From: Pirellulales bacterium
GTDB lineage: Bacteria; Planctomycetota; Planctomycetia; Pirellulales; JAICIG01
Assembly: GCA_040901675.1 (NCBI GenBank)
Contig: JBBDYJ010000006.1
Span: forward strand, 1-61,187
Direction: 5' to 3'
Length of the DNA stretch: 61,187 nucleotides
The notes beneath the pieces are model-generated. The model had not been told where the DNA came from. It saw only the letters and a list, made by a program, of their open reading frames with translations, and made no database searches. This document shows positions 54,701 through 61,187 of this stretch, piece after piece (position 1 is the first letter of the stretch; the number at the start of each line of letters is the position of its first letter). The position numbers were made by a program, and so were the translations under genes.

Positions 54701-56552
54701 GAGGCGGGCGGTACCACTCTCCTCGGAGCCAGTCGACCAGGAGCTCGAGGTCCTTGGGGCTCAGGATGTTGGACCTGGGGTCGTCCGGGTTGGCGGCAAA
54801 GGCGGGCATCCGATCGTTGTTGTCGCCGTAGAACCGCTCATGGGCCGGGTTGCTGATCATGCCCAACAGCCACTCGCGCGATGCGTAGCCGGTCAGGTCC
54901 GGTGCGGTGCCCAGGTCTCCCAGGCCGCGGAACTTGTGGCAATCGATGCAGCCCAACAGCTCGATCTGTTCGATCCCCTCCTGGATCATGGCGGCGTCTA
55001 TCTTGTCCATATCGTGTTGCGACACGAGTTGGGCCTGAGCGGACAGTGCGGCCACGGCCTGTGCCACGTCGGCCGGCTCCAGCTCGGGCATCGTCGTCTT
55101 GATGAACTCGACCATCTGGCCGCCGTTTTCGCCGTTGTGCGACGTGTTGCCGAAATAATGAGGGCCGTCGACCTGCTTGGGATCGACGAGACCGGCGATC
55201 CATTTGCGGGTGCCGAAACCGGTCAGGTCAGGCGCGGAAGGCTGGCCGAATATTTCGGGCGAATCGTCATGGAGGTGGCAGCTCGCGCACCAGCGGGCGA
55301 ACAAGCGTGGGCCCTGCGTCTTGGGATCGTCGCGCAGCAGTGTCAGGGCTCCTCCGGCCGGGATTCCCTTGTTGTTCTCGATCAGCTCGAGGACCCGCTT
55401 GGCTTCCAATTCGGCGTGGTGTCTGGCCCGTAGATACCCGCTGGAGGCCTCATACCTTTTGACTTCGGGGCTGTCCTTGTCGGCGGTGGTGGAAGGCTTG
55501 CCGGCCCATTGGGCCCGGTTGTCGGCGTAGAGGGCTTGCGCCGTGAGCACGCCGATGCCCGCCAGCAGGCACAGCAGCAGGCCCACATTGAAACGGTGGC
55601 CCAGTTTCCAGCGTCCGACCCAGGGCATGGCGAACAAGGCCAACAGGACCAGGAACGGGACGACGATGCCGCCGATCAGCTCGCCCGTTTCGCCGCCGCC
55701 TTCGAACAGCTTCAGGAACTGGAACAAGAAGAGGAAGTACCACTCCGGTCGGGCGGCCGAGTATTCGTGCGAGGGGTCGGCAGGGGCTCCGAGGTCGGCG
55801 CCCAGGCGAACGACGACGAACAGCACCACCGCCAACACGGCCAGGCAGGCGACCGAGTCTTTCAGGATCTGGTCGGGCCAGAAGGTGGTGTCGGGCCGGC
55901 GGTGAGGGTCGGGGGCATGGATGCCATGCCGGCGGAAGATCGCCAGGTGCAGGACCAGAAAACCGATCAGCAGGCCCGGCAGGACTCCGGCGTGCAGTGC
56001 GAAGAAGCGCGTCAGGGTGTGGTGGCCATAGTCGGCTCCGCCGACGACCAGCTTCTGCAATTGCGTGCCCACGACGGGAACCAGGCCCATGAGGTTGGTG
56101 GCCACGCGGGTCGCCCAATAGCCCTTTTGGTCCCAGGGGAGCAAGTAGCCGGTCAGCGACAGGCCGAGCACGATCTGCATCAGGATCAGGCCGAGCAGGA
56201 AGTTGACTTCGCGCGGCGCGCGGTAGGCGCCGTCGATGACGACCTGCATGAGGTGAAACGCCAGGAGGATGACCATCGCCTGGGCCATGAAATGGTGCAG
56301 GCCGCGGAGCAGCCAGCCGCCTTGCATCTCGTTTTGGATGTAATAGACGCTTTCCCAGGCGGTGTGGCCGCTGGGGCTGTAGGCCATCCACAAGAAGACA
56401 CCGGTGACCAACTGGACGACAAACGCGAAGACGAGTGTGCTGCCCCAGACATATCGCCAGCGGGCGCCTCCCGGGATGTGCTCGTAGAGCGCCGAGTGGA
56501 GAACGGCCCGGATGCCCGTGCGATGGTCGAGCCAGTTCAGGACAGCTTTCAT
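54687..56552 (-). CDS. petB: Cytochrome b of a Rieske/cytochrome b complex fused to a diheme cytochrome c domain
   Basis: GWLLRGLHH, TGYLLPWDQ..YWA, TLTRFFALH and PEWY; C-terminal CASCH and CIDCH. Confidence 0.9.
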   Translation of the reverse strand: MKAVLNWLDHRTGIRAVLHSALYEHIPGGARWRYVWGSTLVFAFVVQLVTGVFLWMAYSPSGHTAWESVYYIQNEMQGGWLLRGLHHFMAQAMVILLAFHLMQVVIDGAYRAPREVNFLLGLILMQIVLGLSLTGYLLPWDQKGYWATRVATNLMGLVPVVGTQLQKLVVGGADYGHHTLTRFFALHAGVLPGLLIGFLVLHLAIFRRHGIHAPDPHRRPDTTFWPDQILKDSVACLAVLAVVLFVVVRLGADLGAPADPSHEYSAARPEWYFLFLFQFLKLFEGGGETGELIGGIVVPFLVLLALFAMPWVGRWKLGHRFNVGLLLCLLAGIGVLTAQALYADNRAQWAGKPSTTADKDSPEVKRYEASSGYLRARHHAELEAKRVLELIENNKGIPAGGALTLLRDDPKTQGPRLFARWCASCHLHDDSPEIFGQPSAPDLTGFGTRKWIAGLVDPKQVDGPHYFGNTSHNGENGGQMVEFIKTTMPELEPADVAQAVAALSAQAQLVSQHDMDKIDAAMIQEGIEQIELLGCIDCHKFRGLGDLGTAPDLTGYASREWLLGMISNPAHERFYGDNNDRMPAFAANPDDPRSNILSPKDLELLVDWLRGEWYRPPRAKR

Positions 56553-57145
56553 GTCTTGGGCTTCTTTTGTTCCTTGCCGGTGTAGAAGTCCTGGTACCAG
56601 ACCCAGACGGCGTTGTCCTTCACCTTGGTCTCGAGTTCGTCGAGGTCGCGAGGGCTGGGCGTGGGATGGATCATCGCGCCGTCGATTTTGAAGGCACTCT
56701 CGTGGCAGGGGCACTGATACATGCCGCGGTCGGCCTTGAACGAGACAAAGCAACCGAGGTGGGGGCAGGTGGCGTTGAAGGCCTGCACCTCGTCGGAGCC
56801 GGGCACCCGCCGCAGATAAACGACTCCGATCGACTCGTCGGGGAAGCGGTTCCAAGCGTCGAAGCGGTCGGCGATCACCTGGAACTGGCGGGGGACGCCG
56901 TCGGCGCTGAGGGCGTCCAGCGGCGCCACGCGGACCAGCCGGCCCCGATTGCTCCTGCCATCGCCGCCGCCCTTGGCCCGCGAGCGCAAGGGATCGAAGA
57001 ACGTCAACAATCCCGCCGCCATCGGGACCAGCGCCACCAGGCTCCCCACGACGACCGCCGCGATTCTGGAGAGGAAACCGCGCCGCCGGGTGCCGGCCGC
57101 CTCAAGACCTGGCCCAAGATCCGTCGATTCGCGGCTGGATTGCAT
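56549..57145 (-). CDS. Rieske iron-sulfur protein
   Basis: Tat-like RRRGFL plus TM helix; CPHLGC and CPCHESAF; stop overlaps the cytochrome b start. Confidence 0.92.
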   Translation of the reverse strand: MQSSRESTDLGPGLEAAGTRRRGFLSRIAAVVVGSLVALVPMAAGLLTFFDPLRSRAKGGGDGRSNRGRLVRVAPLDALSADGVPRQFQVIADRFDAWNRFPDESIGVVYLRRVPGSDEVQAFNATCPHLGCFVSFKADRGMYQCPCHESAFKIDGAMIHPTPSPRDLDELETKVKDNAVWVWYQDFYTGKEQKKPKT

Positions 57146-57272
57146 CACAGTCCTCCGGACCGGCAACGGCCGGCCACAAAAAAGGGGGTTGCTGTTCTAG
57201 AGGCGGGCACTGGCGAAGCGTGATCGGGGCGGGCAACTCGCGGTGGGTAACTCGGTCGCGGGGGGAACATGA

Positions 57273-58265
57273 TTATCGCATTGCCGCGCGCACTGCGTCA
57301 AGAACCTTGGCGCGGGCTTGCTCGAAGGGTTCTCGGATCGTCGCCCCGGCCGCCGCCTTGTGCCCTCCGCCTCCAAACAGTTCCGCCAGCCGGCTGCAAT
57401 CGACGCCCGCGCGGCTGCGGAAGCTGACCTTGAAGGCGCCGCAGGGCTGCTCGACCAGGATCACCGCCACCTCGGTTCCCGCCACCTGCAGCGTGAGGTT
57501 GATCACGTCTTCCGTATCGGATGACAACGCGCCGGCGGCGGCGAAGTCGTCGGCCAGAACCGCCGTGTGGATCAGGCGGCCCCCCAGCTCGCACTGGGCC
57601 CTGGCCAATGTTCGTCCGATCAAGTTCAGCCGCGCCAGCGTGTCCTGCTCGTAGAGCGCGTTGTAGATTTCGCTGGGACGGGCGCCGGCGTCGACCAATT
57701 CGCCCCCGCAACGAAACGTGCGGCCGGAAGTAGAAGCGAAACGGAACCAGCCGGTGTCGGTGGCGATGGCCGCAAACAGCGGCCTGGCTATCTGGGGCGT
57801 GATGCCGACGCCGAGCCGGCGGGCCGCCTCCAGCACCAGCGTTCCGGTGGCCTCGGCCCGGGTGTCCTTGAAGTCCTCGGCGCCCAGATCGTCGGCGCTG
57901 ACGTGATGGTCCAGGACCAGTTTTTTGGCGGTGGTGGTGCGGAGGATCTGGCCCATCTCGCCCAATTGGGCCCAAGCGCCGGTATCCAGCACCAGCAGGA
58001 TCTGGCGGTCGAGCAAGTCAGCCGGCTGGACGTCGATGCCCAGGGCCTCGATTTTTCGCGCCGGGTCGATGAATTGAAGGTTCGGCGGAGTCGGCTGGGC
58101 ATTCACGATTCGAACGTCTTTGCCCAAGGCTTCCAGCACGCCGGCCAGTCCCAGCTCGCTTCCCAGGGCGTCGCAGTCGGGCCGGACGTGACTGGTGAGC
58201 AGGAATCGCTGGTGGCCGGCGACGAGTTCGACAAAACGGGGCCAGTCGATGGAAGTGGAGTTCAT
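57273..58265 (-). CDS. nrnA: DHH/DHHA1 phosphoesterase (NrnA-like)
   Basis: HVRPDCDALGS, LDHH, TDTGWF, SFRS and GGGH..AAG. Confidence 0.9.
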   Translation of the reverse strand: MNSTSIDWPRFVELVAGHQRFLLTSHVRPDCDALGSELGLAGVLEALGKDVRIVNAQPTPPNLQFIDPARKIEALGIDVQPADLLDRQILLVLDTGAWAQLGEMGQILRTTTAKKLVLDHHVSADDLGAEDFKDTRAEATGTLVLEAARRLGVGITPQIARPLFAAIATDTGWFRFASTSGRTFRCGGELVDAGARPSEIYNALYEQDTLARLNLIGRTLARAQCELGGRLIHTAVLADDFAAAGALSSDTEDVINLTLQVAGTEVAVILVEQPCGAFKVSFRSRAGVDCSRLAELFGGGGHKAAAGATIREPFEQARAKVLDAVRAAMR

Positions 58266-58320
58266 GGCGGTTCACGACCGGTTCAAGGGTAGGTTGGCCG
58301 ATAACGGCCGGCGTTGGATC

Positions 58321-59271
58321 TCAGCCGGCATCGATCTGGCGCGTCAAGGCGCGGGCGCTGGAAACGTCGCGCGCGAGTTGCTCCTTGAGTTGCTCCAGGC
58401 TGGCGAACGTCCGCACGTCGCGGATGCGAGCCAGGAAATCGACTTCCACCGGCTGCCCGTACAGAGCACCCTCGAAGTCGATCAGGTGTACTTCTACTTT
58501 CAAGACCTGTTCGCCAAAGGTCGGATTGGGGCCGACGTGGATGGCCGCCTGCCATCGCCTGCCATTGGCCGACGCGGTGCCGGCGTACACTCCCGCCGAC
58601 GGCAAGAGGGTATCAATGGCATCGACGTTGGCGGTGGGAAAGCCGATTTTGGCCCCGCGGCCGGCGCCATGGGTCACCATGCCGCGGATGCGATAGGGCT
58701 GAGTGAGCATGCGGCGGGCCTCGCCGACGCGGCCGGCCGCAATGAGCTTGCGGATCCGCGAGCTGGAGACGACTTCGCCGTCGACGATGACGGGTTCGAC
58801 GACCTCCAGCACCACTCCGGCCTGGCTGGTCAGTTCGCGCAAAACGTCGATGTTGCCCATGCGGTCGCGGCCGAAGAAGAAGTTCTTTCCCTCCACCATG
58901 GCTTTGGCAGCCAGGCGGCCGCGGATCACCGAGTCGAAGAACTGGCGGTCGGTCAGGCTCAGCATCGCTTCGTCGGTGGGATAGGCAATGATGGAGTCGA
59001 CGCCCAAATCGGCGAGCAAGTCGGCCTTGCGATCGGTCCAAGTCAAGGGGGGCGGTGCCAGGGCCGGCTGCAACAGGCGTACCGGATGAGGATCGAAGGT
59101 AAAGACCACGGCGGGCCCGCCGACGCTCTTGGATTGGGCAATCAGCCGCTGGACGATTCGGGCATGGCCGAGATGAACGCCGTCGAAGTTGCCGACGGCC
59201 ACGGCCCCCCCGCGCAGGTCGTCGGGCCACCTGGCTGGGTCGCGAAAGAGTTTCAGGTTCGGATCACGCAA
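58321..59271 (-). CDS. ribF: Bifunctional riboflavin kinase/FAD synthetase
   Basis: GNFDGVHLGH, TFDPHP, VSSSRIR, GFPTAN, G.NPTF and EVHL.DF; start approximate (TTG 59271). Confidence 0.93.
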   Translation of the reverse strand: MRDPNLKLFRDPARWPDDLRGGAVAVGNFDGVHLGHARIVQRLIAQSKSVGGPAVVFTFDPHPVRLLQPALAPPPLTWTDRKADLLADLGVDSIIAYPTDEAMLSLTDRQFFDSVIRGRLAAKAMVEGKNFFFGRDRMGNIDVLRELTSQAGVVLEVVEPVIVDGEVVSSSRIRKLIAAGRVGEARRMLTQPYRIRGMVTHGAGRGAKIGFPTANVDAIDTLLPSAGVYAGTASANGRRWQAAIHVGPNPTFGEQVLKVEVHLIDFEGALYGQPVEVDFLARIRDVRTFASLEQLKEQLARDVSSARALTRQIDAG

Positions 59272-59388
59272 CTTCAGCCCGCAAGCGGCCTTATTTTCGC
59301 AGGTGTTGGGGGAGGCTGCATTATGTTGGCCGAGCGGTGGCCGGTCAACTGCCCCCCGGCGGGGCCGTTTGTGGTATTCTTGGAAGGC

Positions 59389-60996
59389 ATGGAAGAAAAG
59401 CAGATTGTGCTGTCGCCGGAGCTGGCGCACCGCCTGGCGGCCATCGACGTGGGAACGAACAGCATCCGGCTGGTCGTGGCGGAGGCGTTGCGCGAGCGGA
59501 ACTACCGGGTTCTGACCGAGGAGAAGGAAACGACGCGGCTGGGGAAGGATCTCAGCTCCACGGGGCGCTTGAATCCGGCGGCGATCGAAAAGTCGCTGGA
59601 GGCCCTGCGGCGGATGAAGCAAATTACGGTCGGCTACCAGGTGCGCGAGCTACGGGTGATCGCGACGTGCGCCGTGCGCGAGGCGGCCGACGGGGCCGAG
59701 TTTTGCCGGCGGGCCGGGGAGGAGATTGGGCTGGAAGTGGAGGTGATCGGCGCGTTGGAGGAGGCGCACCTGGCGTACTTCAGCGTGGCGCGCAACTTCG
59801 CCCTGAACGGCAAGAACGTGGCCATCGCGGACATCGGCGGCGGCAGCACCGAGATCATCCTGGCGCCGGGCGGCATGATCGAGGCGGTGTGCACCACGCC
59901 GCTGGGGGCGGTGCGGATGACCGACATGTACGGCGGCGAGGGCTTCGCGGGGGAGGGTTTCGACCGGCTGCTGAAGGGGATCGACGGCGAGCTGCGGCGG
60001 CACACCAAGAAGTTGATTCTGCTGCCGCACCTGTTGATTGGCTCCGGCGGCACGTTCACCAGCCTGGCCGAAATGCTGATGTACGAAAAGAACCAAGTGG
60101 GACTGCCGCTGCGGGGCTACGAAATCACGCATGCCGAGCTGGGACACCTGCTCGACCGGCTCCGCAAGCTGACGCCCAAAGGCCGCCGCGGCGTGCCGGG
60201 CTTGAGCCCCGACCGCGCCGACATCATCGTGGCCGGCATCGCCATCATCGACCGGATCATGCGGCGGTTGAAAGTGAACCGGCTGCAGATCCACGACCGC
60301 GGCGTGCGCGACGGACTGCTCTTGACGATGATCGACAAGTCGCTGGGCGCCACCAGCGAGGACCCGCACGACCAGGAGGCGGCCCTGGAGCGGTTCGCCG
60401 CCGGATGCGGGTGCGACCTGGAACACGACCGGCAAGTCGCCCGGCTGGCGGGGCTGATCTACTCGCAGCTCATGGCTTATTACGAGCTGCCGGCCGAGGA
60501 CCGCCCGCTGTTGGAAGCGGCGGCCCGCTTGCAGGACGTCGGCTACCTGATCAACTACGAGAAGCACCACAAGCACAGCTACCACTTGATTCTCAATAGC
60601 CGCCTGGCCGGATTCCAACCGCACGAGCTAGAGCTGATCGCCAACATCGCCCGCTATCACCGAGGCAGCGAGCCCAAGAAGAAGCACGAGAACTTCAGCC
60701 GGCTTTCGGCGACCGACCAGCAACGGGTCAGGCAGTTGGCTTCGATCCTGCGGCTGGCGGGGGGACTGGATCGCAGCAACACGCAGCCGGTGCAGGCGGT
60801 GTCGCTGGAGCTGGTGGGCGACGAGGTGCAGATGCGCCTGGCGGCGGATGAACTTCCCGAAGTCGATCTCTGGGCAGGACGCCGGCGGGCCGAACCGTTC
60901 GAGAAAGCGTTCGACTGCTCGTTGTCGATCGAGTGGCAGGATCCACGCCCCACCGCCGAGGGCCCGCTGAGCGCGGTCGAACCGAAGGCCGATTAG
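59389..60996 (+). CDS. ppx: Exopolyphosphatase / Ppx-GppA phosphatase with HD-like domain
   Basis: AAIDVGTNSIR, AT.AVREA, DIGGGSTE, RADIIVAG, GVRDG and HHKHSY. Confidence 0.93.
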   Translation: MEEKQIVLSPELAHRLAAIDVGTNSIRLVVAEALRERNYRVLTEEKETTRLGKDLSSTGRLNPAAIEKSLEALRRMKQITVGYQVRELRVIATCAVREAADGAEFCRRAGEEIGLEVEVIGALEEAHLAYFSVARNFALNGKNVAIADIGGGSTEIILAPGGMIEAVCTTPLGAVRMTDMYGGEGFAGEGFDRLLKGIDGELRRHTKKLILLPHLLIGSGGTFTSLAEMLMYEKNQVGLPLRGYEITHAELGHLLDRLRKLTPKGRRGVPGLSPDRADIIVAGIAIIDRIMRRLKVNRLQIHDRGVRDGLLLTMIDKSLGATSEDPHDQEAALERFAAGCGCDLEHDRQVARLAGLIYSQLMAYYELPAEDRPLLEAAARLQDVGYLINYEKHHKHSYHLILNSRLAGFQPHELELIANIARYHRGSEPKKKHENFSRLSATDQQRVRQLASILRLAGGLDRSNTQPVQAVSLELVGDEVQMRLAADELPEVDLWAGRRRAEPFEKAFDCSLSIEWQDPRPTAEGPLSAVEPKAD

Positions 60997-61028
60997 GAAC
61001 GACCGAAAAATAACTTCGACAGATTCGA

Positions 61029-61187
61029 GCGATCGGGGTGGCTGGGGCAAAGCGATAAGCGTGCCCCAGTTGCGATGCTGCCCCAGTTGCGATCGGGGTG
61101 GCTGGGGCAAAGCGATAAGCGTGCCCCAGTTGCGATGCTGAACACTGCTTCTCGGACTCCGCAAACGCGGCGTCCTCCAAGCAGTGG
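61029..61187 (+). repeat. Two 60-bp-period units containing family A, followed by family I
   Basis: GCGATCGGGGTGGCTGGGGCAAAGCGATAAGCGTGCCCCAGTTGCGATGCTG at 61029 and 61089; CACTGCTTCTCG..CCAAGCAGTGG at the window end. Confidence 0.9.

Noticed and set aside
58195..59388. N-terminal extension of ppx (933-aa ORF)
   Set aside because: It is antisense to ribF; Ppx similarity begins at ATG 59389. Similar over-extensions were trimmed for rfbD, the sulfatase, the epimerase, ubiX, mqnE and cytochrome b.

Overview
High-GC chromosomal segment, most likely from a Planctomycetota (Pirellulales-like) bacterium. This is inferred from gene content: DUF1501/DUF1800, sulfatase plus FGE, giant M56 protein, alpha2-type GlyRS and futalosine genes. 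About 45 CDSs are present, mostly housekeeping: amtB-glnK-glnD, nadD, priA, rnhA-recG, glyQS, comB, ubiE-ubiX-mqnP-mqnE, recQ, Rieske with a cytochrome b/diheme c fusion, nrnA-ribF and ppx. Accessory genes include a 1578-aa membrane-anchored caspase-fold protein lacking its catalytic Cys and a BlaI-M56-DUF1800-DUF1501 module with a visible operator. I found no rRNA, tRNA, transposase, cas gene or true CRISPR array. The most striking unexplained structure is intergenic: roughly nine families of short REP-like repeats (GTAG-tagged, GGGTG/GTGCC-tagged and one untagged) plus heptamer tracts. For seven genes the TAG stop codon is the TAG of a repeat's terminal GTAG, and an eighth gene stops inside a repeat loop. 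Product calls come from motif recognition by eye, not database searches.
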